This document shows positions 9,572 through 20,692 of a DNA stretch of 64,000 nucleotides, in pieces. Numbering within the stretch: the first letter of the stretch is position 1; each line of letters begins with the position of its first letter. The DNA is taken from contig CAYXGG010000003.1 of assembly GCA_964464475.1 (NCBI GenBank), positions 48,823 to 112,822 of the forward strand. Reading direction: 5' to 3'. Made by a program: the position numbers and the translations under genes. The stretch comes from an uncultured Planctomycetales bacterium. Its GTDB lineage: Bacteria > Omnitrophota > Gorgyraeia > Zapsychrales > JAHFFX01. Under the pieces are notes generated by a model that ran no database searches, had not been told where the DNA came from, and saw nothing but the letters and a program-made list of their open reading frames with translations.

Positions 9572-11077
9572 CTACAAGGAAACCGTGTCGTGTTGAGTAA
9601 TCTTACTAACGGCTTTTTCAGTGACCCCCAGATTCTTATTGGCGCGACTAGAGATTTTCTGTAAGAAATACTCAGCAAACGCTTTAAAGCCATGCAACTT
9701 ACGTAACAAATCGCCTACTGAATTGATCGAAATCAACATGCGCCACATTTGGCGGGGACGTAAATAAAATTCCTTTAATCCGGTGTCAATCAACTGATCA
9801 ATCTGTCGACTGGATAACTGCGGGTAATTAAGCAAGGTTCGTTGTTCTTTTTGGGCGGTTAGCCATTCATCCCATTTTTTGGTGACCAAATAGTCATTTT
9901 CTTTTGCCCATTTGTATAAAGTGGTTCCTGGATAAGCGGCCACACCCGTAATCTGAATAGTATCCAGTGGTAGTGACTTAGCAAAATCAATGGTCTGTCG
10001 AGCGCTCTCCTGAGTTTCGCCGGGGGCTCCGATCATAAAACAACCATGAATCGTAAAACCCAAATTATGGGCGCGATTAGCGTAGCGAGAGGCCATTTCA
10101 GTGCTGACGCCACCTTTACGAATAACCCGTAACTGTTCGTCAGTCCCAAATTCAAAACCCGTCATGAGCATGCGACACCCCGCTTTACGCATTAAGGGGA
10201 GAAGTTCTAAATCCGTATTGACCCGCATATTACACGACCAAGTAATTTTTTTGTTGATACCCCGACGCATGATTTCTTCACAGACTTCAGTTACATGCTT
10301 CTTATCAGCGGCAAAGGTATCTGTTTCAAACATAATTTCGCGAATTTGGGGATGAGTCTTTAAGTCATACTCCATCTCATCAACCACTAATTGCGCATCT
10401 CGATTACGCAAGCGGTAGCCATACATCAGTTGCGGATCTCGACAAAAAGTACAGGCGTTATTGCAGCCTCTTCCCGTGATAAGTGTCAAAAACGGGAATT
10501 TTTTACCGCCATCAGGATACCACTCGGGTTGGATTAATTGCCAGGCTGGAAAGGGGAGCTCATTGACGTCAATCGTGGGGCGATCTAGATTATTAACCAC
10601 CTGCGTGCCATCCCACCAGGACATTCCCAGAACATCCGCCGGTTTTACGTTATTAGCTAAATCTCTTAAAGCGTAATCATATTCGCGTCTTAAGACATAA
10701 TCAACAACGCCTCGGCCAATTTTGAAAGTGTCCTCAACTTCCGCCGTCACGTGTTGCCCTACAAACGCCACTTGGCAATGAGTCCTGTCTTTGATGATTT
10801 TGGCTTGGTTGATATCCGCAAAAATGGATGGGGTCGTTGCGTGAATAACTAGTAAATCGGGATGAGCATTAACTGTAAGGTTGATGGAATCTTCGGGAGG
10901 CAAGTTTCGAGCGGCCGCTTCAATAAACTCAACTTTATGGCCCGCGTTAAGAAGGACTTGCGCGGCAATCAATAAGAATTCTGGGTGCCTTTGAACACGT
11001 CCACGTGATTTAGCTGACCACCGAGCGACCCTGACAAAATCATCCCCATAACTGGGGTTGAGAATAACTACCTTCAT
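9572..11077 (-). CDS. B12-binding-domain radical SAM protein (HpnJ/BchE-like)
   Basis: TGRGCNNACTFC (CxxxCxxC); N-terminal cobalamin-binding-like domain; HGCFMIGAPGET, YPGT. Confidence 0.9.
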   Translation of the reverse strand: MKVVILNPSYGDDFVRVARWSAKSRGRVQRHPEFLLIAAQVLLNAGHKVEFIEAAARNLPPEDSINLTVNAHPDLLVIHATTPSIFADINQAKIIKDRTHCQVAFVGQHVTAEVEDTFKIGRGVVDYVLRREYDYALRDLANNVKPADVLGMSWWDGTQVVNNLDRPTIDVNELPFPAWQLIQPEWYPDGGKKFPFLTLITGRGCNNACTFCRDPQLMYGYRLRNRDAQLVVDEMEYDLKTHPQIREIMFETDTFAADKKHVTEVCEEIMRRGINKKITWSCNMRVNTDLELLPLMRKAGCRMLMTGFEFGTDEQLRVIRKGGVSTEMASRYANRAHNLGFTIHGCFMIGAPGETQESARQTIDFAKSLPLDTIQITGVAAYPGTTLYKWAKENDYLVTKKWDEWLTAQKEQRTLLNYPQLSSRQIDQLIDTGLKEFYLRPRQMWRMLISINSVGDLLRKLHGFKAFAEYFLQKISSRANKNLGVTEKAVSKITQHDTVSL

Positions 11078-11088
11078 AAGTACCTTTC

Positions 11089-11214
11089 TACTGGCCTATT
11101 TACTACCAAAGACAGAAGTAAGCCAGTACCTGATGAAGTCAGGCCTTTCTTCTGTTCGGGGAAAGGCCGTATTCACCTCAATATTCTTGTCTTTCGTAGT
11201 AGAAAGGTCAATAA
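11089..11214 (-). ncRNA. Candidate structured cis-regulatory RNA, copy A (5' leader of radical SAM gene)
   Basis: Stems 11170-77/11206-13, 11142-49/11161-68 and 11089-95/11122-28; loop-loop complementarity 11101-14/11188-201 (13 of 14); homologous to 43202-43321. Confidence 0.65.
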
Positions 11215-11245
11215 GCCGTTGGCTCTTAAAAAATTATCTACTAAA

Positions 11246-11273
11246 ATAGTATCCTAAAAAATGCCGTTTGCAA
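11246..11273 (-). promoter_or_regulatory. Sigma70 promoter upstream of the RNA element and radical SAM gene
   Basis: TTGCAA-16nt-TACTAT. Confidence 0.55.
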
Positions 11274-11342
11274 GACCAAAGTCGGTTTTTATCCAAACCC
11301 CGTTGTTAACCTAAGTCTTCTGTTATCAAATAGATAAATAAT

Positions 11343-11371
11343 TTGACGAACTTAGGGGCATTCACTATAAT
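11343..11371 (+). promoter_or_regulatory. Sigma70 promoter of acnA operon
   Basis: TTGACG-17nt-TATAAT. Confidence 0.8.
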
Positions 11372-11449
11372 GGGGGCTCGTTTGTTTTGTTTTGCTGCCC
11401 ATTTCCTTAATATTTAAATAATTAATAAGTTAATAACTAGGACAGACAC

Positions 11450-14152
11450 ATGAAAGCCCCATTCACAAACCAAATCACCAAGAAATCACTCAAAGTTGGC
11501 TCCCAAAATTACAACTACTATAAATTAGCTGAACTTTCCAAAGCCGGGATATCGGTTAACCCTAAACTACCTTACTCAATTAAAGTACTGCTAGAAAGCG
11601 CTCTGAGAAACTACGACAACTTTCAAGTAACCCTGGATGACATAACGCGCTTGGCTTCCTGGAAGCCAACCTCTGGCGTCACCACTGAAATTGCCTTTAA
11701 GCCTGGACGTGTGATTTTGCAAGATTTCACTGGCGTGCCCTGCGTCGTTGATTTAGCAGCCATGCGTTCGGCCATGAAAAAAATAGGGGGTGATATTCGC
11801 AAAATAAATCCCCAGGTTCCTTGCGATTTAGTCATTGATCATTCCGTTCAAGTTGATGCTTTCGGCTCTCGCGGAGCTATGCGCATTAACGTGACCAAAG
11901 AATTTGAACGCAACGCAGAACGCTATGAATTTCTCAAGTGGGGACAACAGGCTTTACAAAACTTTAGGGTTGTACCACCAGCAACGGGTATCGTACACCA
12001 AGTTAATTTAGAATACTTAGCTAAAGGAGTCCTGCAAAAAAAGATCGGTAAAGAAACAGTGGTTTTTCCAGATAGCTTGGTCGGGACCGATAGCCATACC
12101 ACCATGATCAATGGTTTAGGGATCGTGGGGTGGGGCGTGGGAGGAATTGAGGCCGAGGCGGTGATGCTCGGTGAACCGATTTATATGCTAATGCCGGAAG
12201 TGATTGGCGTTAAGTTAATCGGTCAGCTTAAAGAAGGAATGACCGCTACCGATTTAGTTTTGACCATTACTCAATTGCTACGTAAAAAGGGTGTCGTCGA
12301 TAAATTTGTGGAATTCTTTGGTCCGGGCCTTAAACATCTTTCGCTCCCGGATCGAGCGACCATCGCCAACATGGCACCCGAATATGGAGCCACTATTGGT
12401 TTTTTCCCTATTGATTCAGAGACATTAAAATATTTGGCGTTAAGTGGAAGAACCAAAGGTGAAGTTACCTTACTGGAAAAATACGCCAAGGCGCAGGGTA
12501 TGTTTTATTCTGGTGACCAGAATGCTGAATATACCGAAACTCTAGAATTTGATTTGAATTCGGTCGTCACTTGCCTGGCGGGTCCCAAACGTCCCCAGGA
12601 TCGAGTTAATCTGACGGACATGAAATCGGTGTTTCGGAAATCACTCGAGACTCCAATTAAAGAAAGGGGTTTTGGGCTGGATAAAACGGCGTTACTTAAT
12701 TCTGCGACCGTCACCAACGGCACAAAAGAGACAATTTCTCATGGATCTGTGGTGATCGCGGCGATTACCAGTTGTACTAATACCTCCAACCCCTCAGTTT
12801 TAATTGGCGCCGGATTATTGGCCAAAAAGGCGGTTGAAAAAGGATTAGCGGTAAAACACTTCGTCAAGACCAGCTTTGCGCCAGGATCGAAAGTTGTTGA
12901 AGAGTATTTGCAAACTGCGGGGCTTTTAGGTTATTTAGAAAAATTAGGATTCAACATCATTGGCTATGGATGCACTACCTGTATTGGTAACAGTGGCCCC
13001 TTGCCTGAACACGTGACGGCGGCCCTCAAAAAAACCAACTTGGTTGCGGCAAGTGTATTAAGTGGCAACCGAAATTTTGAAGGTCGTGTTAATCCTTTAG
13101 CGAAGGCCAATTACCTGGCTAGTCCTCCGTTAGTTGTGGCCTACGCTTTGGCAGGGAGCGTGGATGTTGATTTAACCGCTGAACCGCTTGGCAAAGATAA
13201 AAAAGGCAAAGAAGTCTTTCTTAAAGATATTTGGCCTAGCCAACAAGAGATTAACCAATTGATTGCCAAAACGGTCACAGCCGCCAAGTTTCGAGCGCGC
13301 TATAAAGATGTGCTAAAAGGAACACCTGATTGGAGCAAAATAAAGACGGTAAAGTCTGACTTATACGCTTGGAAAGAGAACAGCACCTATATTCAGGAGC
13401 CGCCATTTTTCACCAATTTAGCAGCGAGTGACCAAGCTCTGGGCGACATTAAAAATGCGCGCGTCTTGGTCATGGTGGGAGATTCCATTACGACTGATCA
13501 CATTTCCCCAGCCGGAGATATTGAAGAATCAAGCCCTGCGGGACAATACTTAAAATCTTTAGGCGTTCAAAAAGCCGACTTTAATAGTTATGGCGCCCGT
13601 CGTGGCAATGATCGCGTCATGACCCGCGGCACATTTGCCAACATTCGTTTGCGAAATTTATTGGCTCCGGGAACAGAAGGATCTTGGTCGACACATTTTC
13701 CCAGCAACCGCCGCGCCAGCATCTATGATACAGCCCAAGAGTATAAAAAAACAGGAACGCCGCTAGTCGTACTTGCCGGAAAAGAGTACGGTACGGGATC
13801 AAGTCGCGACTGGGCGGCCAAAGGGACTTCGCTACTGGGAGTTAAAGTTGTTCTCGCAGAAAGTTATGAACGTATTCATCGCAGTAATCTGGTCGGGATG
13901 GGGGTGTTACCCCTGATTTATAAGACTGGCCAGAACGCTGAAAGTTTAGGCCTCAAAGGGGATGAAATATTCAGTTTTCTGGGCATCACTAATCATATCA
14001 AGCCACGCCAGGAAATCGCTGTCGTCGCACAATCATCTAGTGGGGCTAAAATAGAATTCCAAGCTGTTTGCCGGTTAGATACACCGGTTGATATTGAATA
14101 TTACCGTAACGGCGGTATTTTGCCGACGGTATTAAAAAAATTAGCCAAATAA
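11450..14152 (+). CDS. acnA: Aconitate hydratase A
   Basis: [55 protein letters not shown]; 900 aa. Confidence 0.98.
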   Translation: MKAPFTNQITKKSLKVGSQNYNYYKLAELSKAGISVNPKLPYSIKVLLESALRNYDNFQVTLDDITRLASWKPTSGVTTEIAFKPGRVILQDFTGVPCVVDLAAMRSAMKKIGGDIRKINPQVPCDLVIDHSVQVDAFGSRGAMRINVTKEFERNAERYEFLKWGQQALQNFRVVPPATGIVHQVNLEYLAKGVLQKKIGKETVVFPDSLVGTDSHTTMINGLGIVGWGVGGIEAEAVMLGEPIYMLMPEVIGVKLIGQLKEGMTATDLVLTITQLLRKKGVVDKFVEFFGPGLKHLSLPDRATIANMAPEYGATIGFFPIDSETLKYLALSGRTKGEVTLLEKYAKAQGMFYSGDQNAEYTETLEFDLNSVVTCLAGPKRPQDRVNLTDMKSVFRKSLETPIKERGFGLDKTALLNSATVTNGTKETISHGSVVIAAITSCTNTSNPSVLIGAGLLAKKAVEKGLAVKHFVKTSFAPGSKVVEEYLQTAGLLGYLEKLGFNIIGYGCTTCIGNSGPLPEHVTAALKKTNLVAASVLSGNRNFEGRVNPLAKANYLASPPLVVAYALAGSVDVDLTAEPLGKDKKGKEVFLKDIWPSQQEINQLIAKTVTAAKFRARYKDVLKGTPDWSKIKTVKSDLYAWKENSTYIQEPPFFTNLAASDQALGDIKNARVLVMVGDSITTDHISPAGDIEESSPAGQYLKSLGVQKADFNSYGARRGNDRVMTRGTFANIRLRNLLAPGTEGSWSTHFPSNRRASIYDTAQEYKKTGTPLVVLAGKEYGTGSSRDWAAKGTSLLGVKVVLAESYERIHRSNLVGMGVLPLIYKTGQNAESLGLKGDEIFSFLGITNHIKPRQEIAVVAQSSSGAKIEFQAVCRLDTPVDIEYYRNGGILPTVLKKLAK

Positions 14153-14171
14153 TTATTTGAGGGAGATTCTG

Positions 14172-15578
14172 ATGGGTAAAACAATGTATCAAAAAATATG
14201 GGAAGACCATCTGGTCTACGAAAAAGCCCAGGAAACAGCCATTATTTATGTGGATCTGCATTTAATTCATGAAGTCACATCACCTCAGGCTTTTGCTGGA
14301 TTAAGAGAGACCAAGAGAGGGGTGCGAGTTCCCCAGAAAACATTTGCCACCATGGATCATAATGTTTCTACCCGAACTAAAGATATGGCTAAAGTGGAAT
14401 CCATGTCGAGAACTCAAATGGAGACCTTGTCCAAAAACTGTCGTGACTTTGGCGTTAAACTTTATGATTTTCAAAGTGAGGATCAGGGCATTGTTCATGT
14501 CATTGGACCCGAAAAAGGCATTACCCAACCCGGTATGGTGATTGTTTGCGGAGATTCACACACGTCGACTCATGGCGCTTTTGGGGCGCTGGCATTTGGC
14601 ATAGGAACTTCGGAAGTTGAACACGTTTTAGCTACACAAACTCTGCAGCAGCAAAAAGCCAAATCAATGCTTATCAGTATTGACGGCCAACTGGGTTTTG
14701 GCGTCACGGCGAAAGACATCATCCTCTACATTATTGGTCAAATTGGTACGGCTGGAGCCACTGGCTATGTTATTGAATACGCCGGAAGCGCCATCCGAGC
14801 CTTATCCATGGAAGGACGCATGACTATTTGCAATATGAGCATCGAGGCCGGTGGTCGGGCGGGGATGATCGCACCGGATGAAACCACTTTTGCTTATTTA
14901 AGAAATCGCGAATTTGCTCCAAAAGGATCTGATTGGGACAAGGCCCTCACTTACTGGAAAAGCTTGACTTCTGATTCTGACGCGCAATTTGACCGTGTCA
15001 TTAAAATTAAAGCAGAAGATATTGAGCCGCAAGTGACCTGGGGGACGAGCCCTGGTCAAGTAGTTTCCGTGACGGGGCAAGTGCCTAATCCGGACAATTT
15101 TTCAGATCCGGTGGAACGAATGGCCGCGCGCAATGCTCTTAGTTATATGGGACTCGAACCACAGGTTAAATTGACTGACATTACGATTGATAAAGTATTT
15201 ATTGGCTCCTGCACCAACGGACGCATTGAAGATTTACGAGTCGCCGCTAGTTTGGTGAAAGGGAAGAAAGTGCATCCTAACGTCAACGGCATTGTCGTTC
15301 CTGGTTCGGGTCGGGTGCGAGAGCAAGCGATTAAAGAAGGCTTAGATAAAACCTTCATCGAGGCGGGATTTGAATGGCGTTATGCGGGTTGTTCCATGTG
15401 TCTGGGGATGAACGACGACCAATTAAAAAAAGGAGAGCGTTGCGCCTCAACCAGCAATCGGAATTTTGAAGGACGTCAAGGCCCCGGAGGTAGAACGCAT
15501 CTGATGAGTCCTCAAATGGCCATCGCGGCCGCCGTGGAAGGGAAAATTACTGACGTTAGAAAATTCATGAAAGGTTAA
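14172..15578 (+). CDS. leuC: 3-isopropylmalate dehydratase large subunit
   Basis: [43 protein letters not shown]. Confidence 0.97.
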   Translation: MGKTMYQKIWEDHLVYEKAQETAIIYVDLHLIHEVTSPQAFAGLRETKRGVRVPQKTFATMDHNVSTRTKDMAKVESMSRTQMETLSKNCRDFGVKLYDFQSEDQGIVHVIGPEKGITQPGMVIVCGDSHTSTHGAFGALAFGIGTSEVEHVLATQTLQQQKAKSMLISIDGQLGFGVTAKDIILYIIGQIGTAGATGYVIEYAGSAIRALSMEGRMTICNMSIEAGGRAGMIAPDETTFAYLRNREFAPKGSDWDKALTYWKSLTSDSDAQFDRVIKIKAEDIEPQVTWGTSPGQVVSVTGQVPNPDNFSDPVERMAARNALSYMGLEPQVKLTDITIDKVFIGSCTNGRIEDLRVAASLVKGKKVHPNVNGIVVPGSGRVREQAIKEGLDKTFIEAGFEWRYAGCSMCLGMNDDQLKKGERCASTSNRNFEGRQGPGGRTHLMSPQMAIAAAVEGKITDVRKFMKG

Positions 15579-15586
15579 AATATTCT

Positions 15587-16201
15587 ATGGAACCCTTTGT
15601 GCAGCATACCGGCGTGGTTGCACCGTTAGATCGAGTCAACATCGATACGGACGCAATCATCCCAAAACAATTTTTAAAAAAAGTGGACCGGACGGGATTC
15701 GGTATTCACTTATTTCATGAATGGCGTTACTTAGATTATGAAGGGACCAAGGAGAATCCAGATTTTATTCTCAATCAGCCGCTTTATCGAAAAGCAACGG
15801 TGTTATTAACCCGGGACAATTTTGGCTGTGGGTCAAGCCGTGAGCACGCACCCTGGGCGTTGGCTGATTTTGGTTTCAGAGTTATTATTGCGCCAAGTTT
15901 TGCCGATATCTTTGCCAACAACTGTGTCAAAAATGGCATCCTGCTGATCACGCTGAGCTCCGCAGATGTAGATGTGCTTTTTAAGCAATCACTGGCTCAG
16001 CCTGGAGTCAAACTTTCAGCAGACCTTCCCTCACAACAGTTAACTGGGCCAGATGGAAATAAGTATTCTTTCTCAATCAACTCATTTTCCAAAGACTGTT
16101 TATTAAAAGGCCTGGATCAAATTGGTTGGACGCTACAGTTTGCCAATCGCATTCAGGAATTTGAGACGAAATTAAAAACCGCCAAACCCTGGCTAAAATA
16201 A
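15587..16201 (+). CDS. leuD: 3-isopropylmalate dehydratase small subunit
   Basis: [28 protein letters not shown]. Confidence 0.97.
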   Translation: MEPFVQHTGVVAPLDRVNIDTDAIIPKQFLKKVDRTGFGIHLFHEWRYLDYEGTKENPDFILNQPLYRKATVLLTRDNFGCGSSREHAPWALADFGFRVIIAPSFADIFANNCVKNGILLITLSSADVDVLFKQSLAQPGVKLSADLPSQQLTGPDGNKYSFSINSFSKDCLLKGLDQIGWTLQFANRIQEFETKLKTAKPWLK

Positions 16202-16208
16202 CTGACCT

Positions 16209-17909
16209 ATGTCCAAAACTCATAAAATGTCGAAAAAAGATTTGCACCGTGCCCACTCGGCCTTGGTGATTGATGGCCATGAACGCGCGCCTTCGCGGGC
16301 GATGCTACGCGCGGTAGGGTTCAAGGATAACGATTTTAAGAAATCACAGATTGGGGTAGCCTCGACGTGGAGCATGGTAACCCCCTGCAATATGCACATT
16401 GATAAGCTGGCGCAAAGAACCGCGCAAGGGATTGATGAGAATGGCGGCAAAGCAGTCGTTTTTGGAACGATCACGATTTCAGATGGCATTTCGATGGGAA
16501 CCGAAGGGATGAAATATTCGCTGGTGTCCCGAGAAGTGATCGCGGATTCAATTGAAACCGTGGTGGGATGTGAGGGTTTTGACGGATTTGTGGCCATCGG
16601 TGGCTGCGACAAAAATATGCCAGGCTGCCTCATCGCCATGGCGCGTTTAAATCGTCCCTCGGTATTCGTCTACGGAGGAACGATCCTCCCGGGTTGCCAT
16701 CAAGAGCGTAACGTTGATATCGTTTCCGTTTTTGAAGCTGTGGGGGCACACGCGAATCAAAAAATTAACGATCAGGAATTGACCGCGATTGAATCTTCCG
16801 CCATCCCCGGACCGGGTTCCTGCGGAGGGATGTATACGGCCAATACCATGGCGTCCGCAATTGAAGCTTTAGGCATGAGTCTTCCCAACAGCTCCGCGCA
16901 GGCCGCTATTTCTCCCGACAAAGACCAGGATTGTTATGAAGCGGGTAAAGCCGTTCTTAACTTAATCAAACTTGGAATCACGCCAAAGGACATCTTAACT
17001 AAAAAAGCTTTTGAAAACGCAATCACTGTGGTCATTGCTCTCGGAGGCTCAACTAACGCCGTTTTACATCTGTTGGCCATGGCCCACGCCGCGAGAATAA
17101 AACTTTCCATCGATGATTTTACCAGAATAGGAAAACGAGTTCCGGTGCTTGCGGATTTAAAACCAAGTGGACGTTTTGTGATGGCCGAATTAGTCAAAAT
17201 TGGCGGAACCATGCCTTTGCTGAAAATGCTTTTGGATGCAGGGTTGATCCATGGCGATTGCCTGACGGTGACTGGGAAAACCATGCGCGAGAATTTAATT
17301 CACGTTCGACCTTATACGGCAGACCAAGAAATCATTCGTCCCCTAACCAACCCCATCAAAAAAAGTAGCCACTTAGTCATCCTCTACGGTAATTTAGCCC
17401 CAACCGGAGCGGTAGCCAAGATTTCTGGCAAAGAAGGCAATCAATTTACGGGAACTGCCCGAGTTTATAATTCAGAAGAAGCCGCGCTGCAGCGCATTCT
17501 CGATGGCACGATAAAAAAAGGTGATGTCATCGTTGTCCGTTATGAAGGTCCCAAAGGGGGACCAGGCATGCGCGAAATGCTAGCTCCAACTTCCGCGGTT
17601 ATGGGAAAAGGCTTAGGCAAAGATGTCGCGCTCATTACAGATGGTAGATTCTCTGGAGGAAGCCATGGATTTGTGGTAGGACATATTACACCGGAGGCTT
17701 ATGTCGGTGGACCGCTCGCCATTGTTAAAGACGGTGATAAAATTACAATTGATGCCAACCACCAAGAACTAAATCTACACTTATCCTCGGCAGAAATCAA
17801 AAAAAGGTTAAAGCAGTGGAAACAACCAAAACCCCGCTATACAATGGGCGTGCTTAGTAAATATATGAAAGTCGTTTCCTCGGCGTCGCAAGGAGCAGTA
17901 ACGGATTAA
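16209..17909 (+). CDS. ilvD: Dihydroxy-acid dehydratase ([2Fe-2S]-type signature)
   Basis: [38 protein letters not shown]. Confidence 0.97.
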   Translation: MSKTHKMSKKDLHRAHSALVIDGHERAPSRAMLRAVGFKDNDFKKSQIGVASTWSMVTPCNMHIDKLAQRTAQGIDENGGKAVVFGTITISDGISMGTEGMKYSLVSREVIADSIETVVGCEGFDGFVAIGGCDKNMPGCLIAMARLNRPSVFVYGGTILPGCHQERNVDIVSVFEAVGAHANQKINDQELTAIESSAIPGPGSCGGMYTANTMASAIEALGMSLPNSSAQAAISPDKDQDCYEAGKAVLNLIKLGITPKDILTKKAFENAITVVIALGGSTNAVLHLLAMAHAARIKLSIDDFTRIGKRVPVLADLKPSGRFVMAELVKIGGTMPLLKMLLDAGLIHGDCLTVTGKTMRENLIHVRPYTADQEIIRPLTNPIKKSSHLVILYGNLAPTGAVAKISGKEGNQFTGTARVYNSEEAALQRILDGTIKKGDVIVVRYEGPKGGPGMREMLAPTSAVMGKGLGKDVALITDGRFSGGSHGFVVGHITPEAYVGGPLAIVKDGDKITIDANHQELNLHLSSAEIKKRLKQWKQPKPRYTMGVLSKYMKVVSSASQGAVTD

Positions 17910-17930
17910 TTCCTATCTAAAGAGGATTAT

Positions 17931-18998
17931 ATGGCCAGTAATTCATTCGGACAAATTTTTAAAATTACGACCTTCGGTGAAAGCCATGGGCCCGCTATTG
18001 GTGTCGTCATTGATGGCTGTCCGGCTGGATTAGAAGTATCGGAAGCGGAAATTCAAAGAGAACTGGATCGACGTCGACCAGGACAAAGTACCATTACGAC
18101 ACAGCGCCAAGAAAGTGACAAAGGAGAAATTCTTTCCGGAGTTTTTGAAGGAAAAACAACCGGACATCCGATCACTATTCTCATCCGCAATCAAGACCAG
18201 CGCTCTCAGGATTACTCGAATATTAAGGACGCATTCCGGCCTGGTCATGCCGACTTTACCTATGCCGAAAAATATGGCATTCGTGACTATCGCGGAGGCG
18301 GTCGCTCTTCCGGAAGAGAAACCGCCTGTCGGGTAGCTGCTGGAGCGATTGCCAAGAAATACCTAGCCGAATTTGGCGTTTCTATTACTGCCTACACGCT
18401 AGCTGTCGGAGATATTTACGCGCAGCAACGAGATTTTTCGGTCATTGAGCAAAACTTGGTCCGTGCCCCGGATCGTGAACAAGCTGAGCGTATGATCGCC
18501 AGAATCGAAGAGGCGCGCAAAGACGGCGATTCCCTGGGAGGTATTGTGGAGGCCGTTGTCCAAGGATGTCCCATTGGACTAGGCGATCCGATTTACGATA
18601 AACTATCCGCCAAATTAGCTTACGCGCTCATGTCTATTGGGACGGCCAAAGGAATTGAAATCGGAGATGGTTTCGGCATTACCAAACTAAAGGGAAGTGA
18701 GGCCAACGATATCTTTCAAATGGTTGATGGTCAAATCCGAACCCGCACTAACCACTGCGGAGGGATTCTGGGAGGTATTTCTACCGGAGAAAATATTGTA
18801 TTGCGCTTAGCGATTAAACCACCTTCATCCATCGCCAAGTTTCAAGAAACGATCGACAGCAACAAAAATCCCGCGTCTATTCAAGTCCGAGGTCGTCATG
18901 ACCCATGCATTTGCCCACGGGTAGTTCCGGTTGTGGAAGCCATGATTGCTATTACTTTGGCTGACAGCCTACTGCTTTTTAAAGCCCATCAAGGGTAA
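17931..18998 (+). CDS. aroC: Chorismate synthase
   Basis: [30 protein letters not shown]. Confidence 0.97.
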   Translation: MASNSFGQIFKITTFGESHGPAIGVVIDGCPAGLEVSEAEIQRELDRRRPGQSTITTQRQESDKGEILSGVFEGKTTGHPITILIRNQDQRSQDYSNIKDAFRPGHADFTYAEKYGIRDYRGGGRSSGRETACRVAAGAIAKKYLAEFGVSITAYTLAVGDIYAQQRDFSVIEQNLVRAPDREQAERMIARIEEARKDGDSLGGIVEAVVQGCPIGLGDPIYDKLSAKLAYALMSIGTAKGIEIGDGFGITKLKGSEANDIFQMVDGQIRTRTNHCGGILGGISTGENIVLRLAIKPPSSIAKFQETIDSNKNPASIQVRGRHDPCICPRVVPVVEAMIAITLADSLLLFKAHQG

Positions 18999-19000
18999 CA

Positions 19001-19864
19001 ATGAAAGAAAATCGTCAAGTTGTCTTAGTCACGGGGTCCTCCAGTGGCTTTGGCATGCTGACATGCCTGAGACTTGCCCGGAAAGGCTATCATGTTTTTG
19101 CCTCCATGCGCGACCCAAGCAAAGGGCAAGAACTAATCGCGAAAGCACAAGAGTTTCAACAAGCTATTACCATCATTCCGCTTGATGTTACCCAAGTAAA
19201 TTTGATCCAATCCGCTGTTGATCTCATTATTAGCAAAGCCGGCGCTATTGATGTACTGATTAATAACGCGGGTTTTGGCATGGGAGGGTTCTTTGAAGAT
19301 TTAAGCGACCAGGACATTCGCCAGCAATTCGAGGTCAATTATTTCGGTGTACAAAATGTCTGCCGGGCGGTGATTCCTCTGATGCGTTCGCAAAAAAAAG
19401 GGAAGATTATCAACATTTCCAGCTTAGCCGGCATTCAGGCAAGCCCCTGTTTTAGCGCCTATAACGCGAGCAAATGGGCCCTGGAGGCGTTTTCGGAAAG
19501 CCTTTGGTATGAGTTAGCGCCTTTTGGTATTAGCGTTCACTTGGTCGAACCCGGAACTTATAAAACAAAAATTTTTTACGAAAATTCGCGATTTGCTCAA
19601 AATTTTAATAATCCGGCCAGTCCTTATTTTGCCCGTTCACAATTCTTGTTTAAGAAAGTCATGGCTTATGTCAACCAATGCCATAAGGATCCAGAAAACA
19701 TCCCCCGGCTCATCGAGAAAGTTATCAACCAACCTAACGCGCCTTTAAGAAATATTCCCGATTTAGAAGGCAAAACGCTTTACTTTCTGCGCAAGCTTCT
19801 CCCATTTAAACTATATAGTTTAATGATCAAAAAAGCGCTGTACTCCGATTATCCGAAAGATTAA
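19001..19864 (+). CDS. Short-chain dehydrogenase/reductase
   Basis: TGSSSGFG, NNAG, YNASK. Confidence 0.92.
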   Translation: MKENRQVVLVTGSSSGFGMLTCLRLARKGYHVFASMRDPSKGQELIAKAQEFQQAITIIPLDVTQVNLIQSAVDLIISKAGAIDVLINNAGFGMGGFFEDLSDQDIRQQFEVNYFGVQNVCRAVIPLMRSQKKGKIINISSLAGIQASPCFSAYNASKWALEAFSESLWYELAPFGISVHLVEPGTYKTKIFYENSRFAQNFNNPASPYFARSQFLFKKVMAYVNQCHKDPENIPRLIEKVINQPNAPLRNIPDLEGKTLYFLRKLLPFKLYSLMIKKALYSDYPKD

Positions 19865-19867
19865 TTT

Positions 19868-20521
19868 CTAAAAGATACCCATTCGCTCACGCAAGAACTC
19901 TTTGATATCCTTGCATTGGAGATAGGGGTTGGTTTGTTTTTGTTCAGCGAGCGTCGCGAACGGAACAGGACCATAGTTATGCCCAGGATAAATTAAGGTA
20001 TTATCCGGGAGCGGCATAATTTTGTTATAGAGAGAATCATACATTTGCTTAGGATCGCTACCAGGAAGATCGCAGCGACCACAACCATCAATAAAAATAG
20101 TGTCACCGGCGAGCAAAACATCATCAATCAGAAAACACTGGCACCCCGGAGAATGTCCCGGCGTATGTAATAAAGTAACCCTCAAATTCCCGACTTTTAA
20201 AACATCGTTAGCCGTCACTTCTTTGAGGTTAGGGTGTGTGGGCTTAAAAAGAGTGTGCTCAAATTTATTAATGTATATCGGGACGTTAAATCTCTTCAAA
20301 AACGTCTCCAAACCATTCACATGGTCCGGATGACCATGTGTCAAAAAAACTGCCGATACCTGGTAATCATTCTTAACAATCTGTTCAATCAGAAAAGGGA
20401 CGTCCCAAGCCGGGTCAATCACCGCAATCTCGCGAGACTGAGGATCGCCCAAGAAATACAAAAAGTTATTGAGCGGACCTAACTCGAACTGTTTTAAAAT
20501 GATGTTAGTTTGATTTTTCAT
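19868..20521 (-). CDS. Metallo-beta-lactamase-fold hydrolase (glyoxalase II/persulfide dioxygenase-like)
   Basis: THGHPDH, HTPGH, GDT, GCGRCD, PGHNY. Confidence 0.88.
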   Translation of the reverse strand: MKNQTNIILKQFELGPLNNFLYFLGDPQSREIAVIDPAWDVPFLIEQIVKNDYQVSAVFLTHGHPDHVNGLETFLKRFNVPIYINKFEHTLFKPTHPNLKEVTANDVLKVGNLRVTLLHTPGHSPGCQCFLIDDVLLAGDTIFIDGCGRCDLPGSDPKQMYDSLYNKIMPLPDNTLIYPGHNYGPVPFATLAEQKQTNPYLQCKDIKEFLRERMGIF

Positions 20522-20541
20522 TTCTTATCTTAAGCCGCCTT

Positions 20542-20569
20542 ATTATAAAAAAATATATCTTTAACGCAA
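20542..20569 (-). promoter_or_regulatory. Sigma70 promoter of MBL gene
   Basis: TTGCGT-16nt-TATAAT. Confidence 0.6.
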
Positions 20570-20655
20570 TTCTATTCATTATTATTGTCATTTTCCTAAT
20601 CAATGCTCAGCAAGAAGCATTCATCCCGTTTTTTAAATCACACTAAAATTAAAAC

Positions 20656-20690
20656 TTGCAGATTATTTAACAGATGATACACTGTCTCAT
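20656..20690 (+). promoter_or_regulatory. Promoter with overlapping Fur-family-like operator
   Basis: TTGCAG-16nt-TACACT; 8-1-8 inverted repeat ATGATACA-C-TGTCTCAT (20674-20690, one mismatch) covering the -10. Confidence 0.6.
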
Positions 20691-20692
20691 GT

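Noticed and set aside
11130-11165. CTGATGA...GAAA resembling a hammerhead ribozyme core
   Set aside because: No stem II closes between CUGAUGA and either GAAA, and copy B lacks CTGATGA; it is part of a small CCTGA/TCAGG hairpin.
11058-11249. 63-aa plus-strand ORF
   Set aside because: TTG start, no RBS, and it runs antisense across the structured leader.
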